DNA of 64,000 nucleotides from Yuukianura sp. NJ FZ-2021 (taxonomy: Eukaryota): the NCBI GenBank assembly GCA_046563655.1, contig CM102290.1, forward strand, positions 868,001-932,000. Reading direction: 5' to 3'. The notes beneath the pieces are model-generated. The model ran no database searches. It was given only the letters and a program-made list of their open reading frames with translations, and was not told the origin of the DNA. The position numbers and the translations under genes were made by a program. Positions 28,101 through 40,686 of this stretch are shown piece after piece. Position 1 is the stretch's first letter, and every line of letters starts with the position of its first letter.

Positions 28101-31100
28101 CTGTAAGTTAATCCACAATCATGAGAGCAAAAAACTCAGATGAAAAAAATTCTAAAGAAAGGTATTTTATTCCAAAATTTCTCAAGTTTGGAAATATCTT
28201 GGAGTCTTATTAGAAACCACAACTCGTGTTTAAAAAAAATTGCGACTGTTTACTTTGTAACACCTTCCTATTTGACAGGTTTCCTTTGATGTTTTTTCTT
28301 AACCACCGCAAGTTTTTTTCAGCAGAAATGAAAGGAATGCAATTTGGCTCACACTAGACAAGTAAAGACCAGTGATTTCCTTTACATTTCTATCAAAAAC
28401 GAATTCGCTTTTGATAGAAAGCTTTAAGGCTTATGGTTTGAAAATATTTTGAACTTTGCAAAAAAAAAAAAATTGCAAAATCCCTGGAAAACTGAGTTTC
28501 TTTTATCCAATTTTTTCGTAGAGATCGCACGAAAGGTCACAAAGGAATCGACTTTCTTTCCCGCAAATGCTTTCCAATTTCGACGAATACTTTTCTGAAT
28601 CTTTTTCCGGAGACAAGAAAAGTTAACCTCGTTAATAATTATTAATTATTATTTATCACACTTGTTTTCAATTTAACTCGGCGTAGAGGCGTATTGAAAA
28701 CAAGACTCAAAGTTCAGTCTACCAAAAATTCAACTGGTTCGTAATTTTGTAATTATCTTTCTTCCATCTGCATCCGATTTACATTCACCGCTTTACGCGG
28801 GAATTTGTTTTTTGAACGCTATTGAATTTCTAAATGGTTATTTGAATGCCCTTTGTTATTCTGTCGCTCCAATTCCCAATTCCCTTTGGAAATTGAATTG
28901 AAGGCAAACATGTCTGAATTAAGCTGGAATGAGATAGTCTCCTCAACGTTAAAGCCTATGTCGACAAGGTTCTTTGCATTTTCTAAATGTCACCGATTGC
29001 GACAAGGAGGACTTTGATAAAACCAATATCTCCAGTTTAGGCAAAGGGATTTGTGTTGACAGCCAATCGTAACAGTCGAAAGCACAAATTGACATCATTT
29101 TAATAAAGATGTCTCAGTGTCATGATTGTTCCAAAGATAAACTTACAAATACAACTTGATACTAGACTTTTAACCAAAATCAAACAAAATGCAAAATTCA
29201 AATTCAAAAATTTTGAGGATTCTCCGAAACAGGCCGAAAATGAAGCATCAGTCGCCGTTTGAGTACAAGATTCAATACATGGAAATACAAAAGTCAGTAT
29301 AATTGTACTTTTTCATGCTTGTGTTGTTTTCAATATAGGTTATGTTTTCCATCTGAAAAATTCAGGCTTTGATGTAACAAAAAAGATGATCCCTACAATA
29401 ACCACTGGGGTGAAAGTTGTTTTTGAAGCGAAATTGACATCTCCGCCAAATATTATACTTCTGTGAACGTCATGGCTTCGAGCATGTTGTAACAAGATTT
29501 GGTGCAACATGGGAAAGAGAAAGCTCATTCATCCAAATTCTTTTTTCTGATTCACAAATACCTCCATTCAGAACAAGATTGAAAAATATGTCTGATGGTT
29601 ATTTATCACACCAGAAATTTTTGACACCTACGTTTTCCGCTGAGGTGCTTTGATTGGATCAGTACATGAATATACCTAGCCTGACTATGAAACCGGAATG
29701 GATCAGTTCATCTTCACAGCATCCGTTTCATACAGCAAAAACGCTTCCAGACATGGGTTGTTGAAAGAGAAAAACTGACATTAGCCTTGCAGCAAGATCA
29801 GGGAGAACGTTGAAAGGTCGAAACGTCGTTGTGGTGCTTTTAGAATTTGTATAATGGCTGTTCCCAAAGTATGATTCATTGGCTGTAGAACTCCATTAGT
29901 GTAAATCCTAGTTTGCATTTTAGACGTGCCCATTTCCTTTGGCCAGAGGACTTTGTAGAGAGAAAGCAAACAGCTATACGGAGATAAACAGAGATCAACT
30001 TTCCAATTTAAAATTTGTGAGCCCCCATTCTGAATTTGACAATGTCCACATTACGCATGCGTCTACTTCCGCTTTCTTTTTTATCTCTGAACTCTGGAAA
30101 AGTTCCAGAGGCATGCTAATTTTCAGCCTGTATTTGAACAAATTATGTATGTAAAATAAATTTCGGTCATACAAGATGCAGAATCTGCTGAATCTCAATT
30201 TTAATTGAAATACAGACATTGTCATTTCCAGTTGAATGTAAATTTTGAAATGACAAAGCCGTAAATACTTTCACTTTGAATTCAAGCGTGAGAAATCAAG
30301 AAACAAAGGAAAATTGGAAGTACGGAGTACAAAAGGTTTCTTTTACCTTCTGATGTAACGTCTAAACTATGTCTACTTTTTTGAAAAGGAAAAGAGCACT
30401 GTTGTATTTCCAAAGCACTTTTAAAAGAAATTTACAGTTGTGTAGCAATTGTGATGCTAAATGAGATACTACCATCTTCTGATATGTTTCCTCTAGGGAA
30501 ACAAAGGCCATGAAAGCTTAACAAGCAATTTCATCGCAACTTCCGAGAATATTTTCTGAAAACCGAAGTTCTCAGACCTTAACTTGTGAAAGTGCAAGTA
30601 AAATTTTGAAATTAGTCAAACTACTTAAATTCAGCTTAAAACGAACGCTAAAGCGCGGTATTCCAGGAACTCCGTGACAATGTGCTTTTTGAAAATGAGT
30701 TCTTTCCCAGCACTTAAACAGTTCCACTCTGAATGCAAATGATGGCACTTGAATAAGAATACTAGGAATCCAGGGCAACCAAAGGAGTCGCTTTCATACC
30801 TTCTCTTTTCATTAGATCCAAGATTTTAAGAAAATTAAAATGTTACAACGGGCCACGGGAGGCTTTTAATAAAATTTCTGGAATGCCTAGACAGACATTC
30901 CAAGTTAGTACACCTATAAGTGAAATTTGGAACGCTTTTCTCAAAAAATTCAATTTAAAATGTTAACTTTATTAGTTTCATAAACGCCATTTCATGTCCG
31001 CTAAGTTTCTAAATCTAAAATATTAACAATTCAAATTAATTTCCTTTTTGGTATGATTGATATTGACATTGGGAGGACCAAAATCAACTTTTTATGCAGC

Positions 31101-34100
31101 AACACACCTGTTTGAACAACAGTTTTTCAAGGTCTTTGCTAAAGCTACACCAGCTTGTTTGCGCTTTCCTAAACAAACGTTTTGTTCTCGAATACTCTAA
31201 CAGTTCACATTAAATTTTGAAGGGCCCATTTATCACTTTAAGGGAACGGGGAATGGAAAAGTTGTCAGAGAAAGCAGGCCGCCAACTTTCCATGAAATTC
31301 AGAATTTCTGTTCATATTTCAAAATTTACTGCTTTCTCCAGTTCATATTAATTTCCGAATGACTTCAAGCGGCTCGTAAGAAAAACAAAAGCAAGTGGAA
31401 ACGGGCACGGTGCAGAATGAAAGAACTAAACTTGATTTTTCTTCTCGGCAATTTTATATACTTTTATATAAGTTGAAAAAAACTGAATAATGTTAGGCTA
31501 AGAAAGAGAAAAAGTGGAATTTGTGGTAAAGATGTATTTGGAATGACAGCAAAGGAAAGCGGTTGGGTAAATCCGTTAGGAAAGCATTTTGCAACTTTCA
31601 TTTTTGTTCTTGCTCCAATTCGTTTCTGGAAGCACTTCTGCTGGAAGCTACACAGGAAAATGTCAGAGCATTTCTTTGTACTTTTTTCTACTTTCTTTAT
31701 AAGTTTCTCAAGAGAATAATGGTTCGAAGATGCGCTTGCCTTAAACACATTTTGAGCATCAGCTTCATGCTACTGCATAGTCAAAAGAATTTTATTTGCA
31801 CTTCCTGGAGGATAAACCAAAGAATACAAAAGAAAGCAGAATAATAGAAGGAAGAAAAATATTTCTTTAATGAATAAAAGAAATGCACAGACATAAAAGA
31901 GAAAGTTAATGGAAAAACTTTGACAAACATAAGTTTCTGCTCTTAAAATTTTGAATGAAAACGAGTCTATTGATTGTGCTTTTTTTTGAGTTTCCAATGA
32001 AATCGGAGTGCAATAAATCATTGAAGCTGGGGGTTGATGTAAATCTGAGCCGAAGTCAAAGTGCTTCTTTATAAACCAATTCAGAGCCATTCGACAAGTG
32101 ACAATTCACTGGATTCTAGCCAACGGTGTTTTGTAAAAGGAATTCTAAAGGCAGTGCTACTAGTGGTGGCCAAATTGAAACGGAAAGAGCATTTCCAAAA
32201 CGTTGTTGAAAAATGAAGATGAATTTAAAGAAGTAAAAAAAGTAAAAGTTTCGACTAAAGTACTTTTGAGTAAGATTTGTTCGTCGGAGAGGTTTCAGGA
32301 AAACTTTTTCTTAACTAAAGTATACGCAAGTTAACTGTATCCGTGGGACTAGAAATAATTGACTTTGAAGGAAGGTCATAATGGAGTAATACGTTTAAAA
32401 GTTGCCTCATCCCCCGCCGAGTTCCGCCTCTAGCTCCTCGTGATTCCAAACAAACTTTTAGCACCAACTTCAAAATGTTTGGAAAAGCTTTACGAAGTTT
32501 GAAAAGCACAGTGAGCCATAACCAGATGGATTGCGAAAAGCCAGACAAAAATTTAACCTCGGAGAATTAATATGTCAGTACAGGTAGGAGCAGCTACCCA
32601 CGCCCATGTAAAAAGTAACTACAAACCACTTCGTTGTTGGCCAAAATCAAAAACCAAAAGGTGAAAGTTACAAACTTTTCTGTCCAAAGGTTGATAGGAG
32701 AAAGGCCATTCAAAAAGCAGTTTAAAATCATGTTACGGCCAAGGCTTAAAGATGAACAAAGTTTTCAACTTTTTTTCCTTTGCCCAACGACCTGTGTACA
32801 AGAACTGAGCATCAACAGCTTTTAAGTAACCTTTTTGTTGGAATTAAAATTTGTGTAGTTTGCAATTATCCAGAGGCTTGATCTAGTTGACCAAAAGGTT
32901 TTAAGGGAGCCCCAAGCGAGTCCTTTCATGAGCACTTTGGACGACTGCTAAAATCCAATTTCAAGTTTCCAGAAGCTACTAACAAAATTATCCAGAACGT
33001 CTACGGGGATGGACATTACTGGATGGTCCAAATGTACCAATGATCATGATGCATGAAGTTCTCGTTTGGGTTTTGAACAAAAAAAAATTCGGTGTCAAAA
33101 AAGGAATATTCCGAGTCCGATTTTTTTTTCGTCTCGAACAATTAACAAAAAGCGTGGAAGAATAATATTGTTGCTGCATATAATCTGCAGTCGAATGGAA
33201 GTAATGATGCCTCGTGTCACTTTCACTACTCACTCTCGTTATGTTAACTTTTTTTATTAATGCTACTTTTGGACCGCAGTGTACTACTTTTAGACTAACG
33301 TTGTTAAGAACATGTTAAGGATACCAGAGAAAGTTCATTTTTGGATTAGAGCCGTAGGTTCCTTTTGGCAATGACATCATGTCTACTCTGCCCTGGCGTC
33401 TCTGCACCCCCGACTGTGGCTGCACAGGGAGGGCTTTTTTGGCGCTGCGATTTGAATCTCTGTCAGCTTTTCCCGACGACGACGACATGGAGGTCAGTGG
33501 AATTGCAGAGACCAGCTTCGTTGTCGCTTCCATTGTTCATCTAATGAAATTCTAACGTCTTGTTTGCTTATCTTCCCCAAAGCCCTAATTCCCTTTATTT
33601 CCCCACATACTCTGGCAGCCTTCCACACGGAAAAATATGACACGAAACCACTTCCTAATCCAATTCAATCTCCACTAATTCCTTTGTCAGAAACACTATT
33701 TCCGGGAGACGGATGTTGATTATTGGTTCAAAGGAATCCATTAAAGTAAACGAAATTTTCATGTAAATAATTTAAAAGTAGGATATTTCCTACATGGCAT
33801 CATTTCAGTTTCTTATCAAACACATTTTGTTATATTCTAGTTCCGAACAAAGCGGCGATGGATTCTGTAAAGACTTTGGAAATGAGACGCTTCTGGTCAA
33901 ATATTCTTCAGCCGAGTTTCATCAAAAACAAGCTTTAGATTGGTTCGCATATGCCGTAAGTCTATTTCCTTGTTTTTGAAAACGTTTTAATTTTTTTGAA
34001 GCCGAGGAGGTGGAAAATATTTTAATGTTACAAAATGTTACAATTTAATTAACAGTAGGTTTGAACTGTTGATGGACTTGATTACTCTTGACCTCTGGTA

Positions 34101-35237
34101 GTGACTTGATTTGACCTTAGGTAGTGTTGGTTTCATTTGGAACACTAGAGAGAAAGCAGAAAAATTGGAAATGAGATAGCCTAGCTCTTATGTAAGCAAA
34201 GTTTCCTTTGATCTTTCCCGCATCCCCATCTGCTTTCGAATCATCCGCATCCGTTTTCAGTCTTTTCGAAAAAGTGGAAAAGAGAAGTGAAGTGCGAGCA
34301 TAAAGGACTCTGACAACTCCCAAAATTTCAACCGTCCAAAAGATCCAGAAGTACTCCAAGTTCAAACAGCGCTCAATCTGAACAAGTCAGACGTTCTTGA
34401 CGATGTCTACACAAGGCCGAAAGCTTGAAAAATGTCAATTTCATAACCATTTTATGTTGCAATTCATCAATCTTTATGACCGGATCTTCCGGAACTGGAT
34501 CCCTCAAGTATTGGCATGAGGTGGTTCATGAATACTAAAAAGAAGCCATTTTCGTTGTATTTTTGGAAGTTGAAAAATCATAAACGACGCGCTATCTTAA
34601 AACAGATTAAAATTCTAAAGTTTACCATTGATATTCGGAAGTTTGGCACCAAAAAAAACGTAACTCAACCTGCACCAATGACCGTTATCATGCAAATGTC
34701 AAACCAATACATAACAAAAACGAAAGTAGTTGTTTCTGACATTGACGTTTTGCATTCTGCTCAAGCAGAAAGCTAGTTGCAGAACAAGGAAAAAAAATAA
34801 CGGCTCATCCATTAGAATAAACTGCAAAGTGTCAGCAAAGATGTCAACCGGAAAGAGAAAAGACGATTTTCGTAGGTTACGACGACAGTATATCAATTTC
34901 TGCTCATTGTGACAAATGACAACCTGCCATCGTCAGGAAAAGAGACTTTTGCTTACTTCTCGCACTTGTTCTTGGCAATCGAGAGAGTTCGGGAACGTGA
35001 CTTTGAATAGCAAAACGATTTTTTGTTGTTGAAAAATTCTAAAGAAATAGAAAAGTTGCGAAAAAGAATGTGCAACATAATGGCAACATGATTTGCAATA
35101 AGTTTGAATAACAAATTTTCAACTTTTCTGGAGAATGGAAGTTGCAGAGCAGCAGTTTTATGTCGCTCCTTTTGGCTACACAAAAAGATAGGGGAACCAG
35201 CCTTGTTAAAATGGAATCTTGAAGGCTGTTTAAATAG

Positions 35238-38200
35238 AATCTTGCAAAAATTGGGTCAAAAAACTTTTTGGAAAGTTCCAATTTAACATTTTGCGAAAAC
35301 TTTTTGATTCACTTTGAGCAGCTCCTTGGACCATTGATTGTGGCAATTGGACTTTTAGGAAACGTTCTCAATCTCATTGTTCTCACACGACCGTCACTCA
35401 AGGGAGTCACGTACACTTATCTGATCGGACTCGCCTGCAGTGACCTTGGAGTCCTCATTTGTGCTGTGCCAATGATGGTAAGTTTACAAAATTAAATTAA
35501 AATTTAATTAAAAAGAAACACTAAAAAATTGGTGTCAAATGTTAAAATTCATATGCAAAATGAATCCAGCGTCAACAAATTCATAAACTTTAAGCACGTT
35601 GTCAAACAACAAGCAATCGTAGAAAGCCCCAGCGTATCTCCTTCAGAAGTATTCCAAGTCTATTTCAAATAGTTTATGTTTGAGATACTTTGGTGACAAC
35701 TTTGTGCAAAAACGCGTCAACTGATAAAGCTAATGGTTTGAATGGTACATGTTGTAATGAAAGCGTTACCAAAATATGTTTCGTTTTTGTGTCTTCACTA
35801 TTTTACGTCACAATTTCGATGAAATGTGTGCTAAAAATTCAATGCATTCTCTGATGTTGATGGAATCCCTGTTTTGTTTCAATAAATAAAGGGATAAGTA
35901 TAATGGATCCCTTTGAGTGGTAGAAAGTGTTTTGTGTGGCACAGTGTGAAGTGGCTCTTTGGCTATGGTTGGAGCTGTTTCCCATTGACTGCTTTCTCCC
36001 TCATTAATTTCGGCGCAGAGAGAAAGAGAAAGATTCGGCTAAAGTGATTTATATACTTTCACTTGAGAAACAGCTTATAGCTTAACATTTTGGTTTAAAA
36101 AGAAGCACCAACGTTTTGCTCTAAAAATCTCAAAGTTTTGTGCCAAATAAGCATTTTGCACAGACGGTCAACAACATGTTCTCAAAAGGACCCTGAAGAA
36201 TTCTTGTTTTCCAAGGCCAACTTCTAGCCTATTAAGCGCACTCGAACACGTAGGCTTTCAATTTGTTTCAACTTCAAGCGAATTCCGAGGGACCTTTTTA
36301 ATTGTTTTCGCAATTTCCGTAAATTGATTCTTAGTTCTGAACAAACTTTTAACGAAATTGGACTTTAGAGCCATTTGTCGTCCCACTTCCTTCCGCAGAA
36401 AGCGAAGAACTTTTTGTTTCCATTTGTTCCAATTTCATTCAACTGAACGCGCATACGGAAAATCAAACGTTAAATAACAGTTGCTTTGTAAAAGTTTTTT
36501 AAGCAGAAAAAGAAAGCAAAAAAAGCGGCTCTTTTTGCTCTTTTTTTTTTAAAGAAAAACTTTCTCTAAATAAAAGAAAACCTGCTTGCCTGAAACTCCG
36601 GAAAGGCGGGTTCGAATTAACACAATTCGAAGTAAACTCAATTTTAACTTCGGCTGAGGAAATTCTTCGTTAGAGTTTGAAACAAAGTTAATTAAAGTTA
36701 AAGATGCAAGATGAGTTTCAGTAATTACAAATTAACTGTAATTAAGATCTCCTGAAAACTAAATTGAAGTGAATTGGAGCGGAAACGGGTTGTTTGCTCT
36801 TCTAAATTACAATTTCGTTCATCTTTTCATCCCTATTTGAACAAAATTCTGAATCAAAGCTATCTCATCGTCAGTACAAGTGATGTACAAGGTGTACCAG
36901 AGTATTCACGATCTACTTTAGTGCACACCAAAAGCGGTAAACTTTAACTGACGATCCCTTTGAACTTGGTGTTTGAACAACACTTTAGGGCAGAACACAT
37001 ACTACGCGTTCGAGTGATGCAGCATCCTAAGACTTCTGTTGTAATTGCAAACAAAATATGTACAATTAGCTGCTTGTTTTGCTGTTTCTTTACAAAGACA
37101 CGACGCGACACTTTATGCTTTAAAACCTCCTCTACACCTTATTCAAATGTAGGCTCCCAATGTTTACTTTTGAAGTTGTTTAGTATAAAACACCAACTGT
37201 GCGTGAAAACGCGCCTACACTTTAAAGACTTAAAAAACGTAACTATGAAATCAATCTTGGAAACCCATAGTTTCTTGAACTTCAATTCTGACAAAATCGT
37301 ATACCGACACAAAATTCTATCTCATAAACTTTCTTTTTCCAAAGTATTTACCTGTTCACTACAAAATGCTTGGAAAAGTTTTTTAATTAATTAATTTTTA
37401 ATTTACCCAAGAGATATAATGTCTAAAACTGAAAAAAATAGTAGCAAAAGGTTGGCTGTTGTGGAAGTGGCATGTGTCAAAACAATCAACACTGAGGAAA
37501 GTTCTTCTGCAGAGAGCTTCCTAACTTTGTTATGCAGGAGAGTCCTTAAAATGCTTTTCCGTGCAAGAATTGTTTTTTGACAGAAAGAGCTTTTCCTTAA
37601 GACAAATCCATTTGAGACGTGCGTAAAGTTTATGTAATTTCATTTGCTTTTACCATATCCTTGAGAGATAGTCACTGATGCAAGAGAGGTTGAAGTGCCC
37701 ACTTTACAAAAGTACTTTTAGCCATGAAACTTCTTTGGATCTCAAGATGACACTGACTCCATAGTTTTAAGGGTTACGCCAAGCCAGAATTGCATTTTCA
37801 TGTAATCTTTACTATCCCACGTCTTCACATTTTTTTAAAAAAAGGCGAACTTCGCGGTTGAAACAATATGGTGCGCCTGGTTAAAAGAAGCTGCTGATCC
37901 GGAGTGTCAGCTTTTGTTAATTTTCACATCCCGACTCTCGAGCCTGAATTTTTGAAAATGTTAGAACGAGCTATTGATTTTGGGTTTAGCTCTTCCGGGT
38001 TTTGTTTTCCAAAAATTTAGAAAAAGGATCAAAATAACAATTCAGGACATTAATTATCCGGAACTTAATTATAATCTTCAAAGTCTGGAGGCTCTTTGAT
38101 CTTGGGATGAAAACAAAGTTGGTGAGTCTAAACGAATCAACTAGGAAATTGAAAAATTAGAACGCTACTTGAAATTTGGCTCACGTACTTGCCTAAAGGT

Positions 38201-39568
38201 TTGAGCGAGGTCAATAAACCACAGGAGGGTCAACACAAATAACTAATGTTGCAAAATGGCTTCTTTTTTTTCAAATTGAATAAAAACTGAAGTTTCTCGT
38301 CTCCACCTGCCCCGAACTTCTTTTTGGAAAAAGTAAAAAGAAGCTTGAGCTTTGTTCTCAAATTTCTTTTGTCCTACTTCTTTTTACAGATAGACTTCTT
38401 ATGTTCAAACTATATTTTTTCAAAAAAGTAAAGAAGTTGGATAATGTGACTCAGTTTGATCCAATTTTCAAAGTCTGGATCCACATTTATGGGAACCATG
38501 ACGGTCGTCAAGCAGTTCATGATCCAAAAGCCATTTTTTCTAACCACCGTGTTCTTTTTTTCTTGTATTCTTTAGGTTCGACAGATCAGAGTTGACGAAG
38601 GTTGGTCATGGCCCATGTCCTTCTTTTACGGTCATCTCGAACTACCACTCTCAAATCATTTCATGGCTTCAAGCATCTTCATCGTCGTTTGTCTCACGGT
38701 AGATCGGTTCATTTCGGTTTGTCTTCCCACAAAATTCAAGAGTCTCCACACGGCATACAATGCCAAAGCCGGTACTTTCCAGTTTTTCACTTAAAAATTA
38801 TCAATTTTCAGGCTCAAATTTGTATTCAACTCGTTCATACGTCTCTCGACTAAATCCATTTTTTTCCGAATAGCAATCATTACGTGTTACGTGTTGGCTT
38901 TCACCCTCTCATCACCACTTGCAGCTCTAAAACAAATGTGTCAAATTCGAAAATCAGCAGAAGATTTGACCTCTGATGACAACTCTACCTTGTACAGATT
39001 CATTGAAAATGAAACAGTAACGCATACGTTGGCTTGGAGAGCGTACACGGTATTTGAGGCTACGCTTGTTCGATTTGGACCTGGCTTCATCTTGGCTGTT
39101 TTGAACATTATGATCATACGTCGATTTCGAGAAATTACGAAAAAGAGGCGGGAAATGCTAAACGGTGGAGTGGAAGTCGTTCCGAGTGATCAGTTTCTTC
39201 TTCGTGGTGAAAAAATTTCGAAACGAATTTACAAGGAAGAAAAACGGCTCGTCAATCTTCTGTCAGTCATCGTGTTGTTGTTTTTTGTAACCATGACTCC
39301 AGTGGCGTTTCTTGGAATTTTTTATACAGAAAAATTAGATAAAAACTTTTCATTCCAAGTATTTAGAGCAGCAGCTAATAATTTGGAGCTATGTAACTTT
39401 GCACTCAATTTCTACGTGTACTTTCTCTGTTCAAAGGAATTTCGAAAAAAGTTTTTAAGCTTTTTCATCGTACTGTTGCCACAAAAGGCAAAGACTAATT
39501 TCCAATCCATCACAGTACCTGAAGTTTCACAGCATAGACTCTCCAGAGTTCCAGCAAAGGATGTCTGA
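35238..39568 (+). CDS. Rhodopsin-class peptide-type GPCR (FMRFamide/sex-peptide-receptor-related orphan, CG33639/B0563.6-like); 5' end unresolved
   Basis: Exons 35238-35477 (GLLGNVLNLIVL, YLIGLACSDL), 38576-38771 (HLELPLSN..SIFIVVCLTVDRFISVCLP) and 38874-39568 (LFFVTMTP, NFALNFYVYFLCSKEFR). No in-frame ATG lies between the TAG at 35235-35237 and TM1, so an upstream exon is needed. Confidence 0.9.
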
Positions 39569-40686
39569 ACTGTACAAATAATGTAGGAGAGTTGACCTCA
39601 AGGTCAAACATGGGAACAGAACAAAGTAATATAGACCAATGGTAAGGTACACTCAAAAGATGGAATTCATTCGTTTTTAGTCGATGTGTCATTGTCGTTT
39701 CCCCTGAAAATAGGAATGGAGTTGCACGAATTCCAAATTAAATAAGTTGTCAATTCTTAAAAGGATAAAATTTTTAGTCTAATTTTGGGAATTGTTCAAA
39801 TGAAGTCTAAAGAAGTTGAGTTAGACTTCACATTAATGTTGAGATGAAAGGGCGATTTATGATGAGGGTGAAATTGTGATTCCTTTTTAGAAGTTACTGA
39901 AGTTTTATTATAGCCTCTTATTTTTGAAAGTTTAGTCAAGACAATTTATCATTTGTTAAATGAAAACTGATCAAAGTCTATGTTATACTTATAATGTTAA
40001 AAATATATATAAGTGAAAAAATTCGAAACATTATTTACTAAATATGGTAGGCATGAATTGGTGTTTGAACAATTGACATCACTCAATGTCGTAACTTTCA
40101 AAGTTTCTGTGTTCGTAATGTTCAAATAAATTCTACATCTATGTGTTTTCTAATTTCTGTTAGAGATTTACATAGTAATCAGAAATATCTAGAGCACCAA
40201 AACACATCTTTTACTGAAATTGTTGGTCAGAAAAGGTTTTGACAAGGTCATAATAATACAAACGCTTTTGGATGGCATTTGAAGTTATTTTAAAAACTAC
40301 GAACTCAGAACGCTTAACATCAACTGGATAGCACAAGTCAAGGCCATATTTTCAAAAATCTATGCGAAGAGTGTCTTAATGACAAGATTTCACCCAGTAA
40401 AAATTAATACTAATTTAGCATAATTTGCTCAAACTGGACCCCATAAAATGTTGCAGCCAATTTCACAAAATTTCAGATTTGCAAAACAGTGGTTCGTTTG
40501 AAATGTCTTTTCGAAGACTCCATCTCCATTGTATTTAAAGTTGAACAAACGTTTAAGGCAAGATGAGTCACAACAAATTTTTTTTGAACAATGGTGGCGG
40601 AATCATCAGTGGTAACTCTTTTCGGAATGCTTCAGTTGAGACGTTCACTTTTTAAGTCCAGATTTGATTCAATATTTAAAATTCCA

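Noticed and set aside
28661..28704. 12-bp inverted repeat cttgttttcaat / attgaaaacaag
   Set aside because: AT-rich, short stem with a 20-nt loop; plausible by chance in 64 kb of AT-rich DNA.
36960..37394. 144-aa ORF within the GPCR intron
   Set aside because: TTG start, composition typical of AT-rich non-coding DNA, no motifs.
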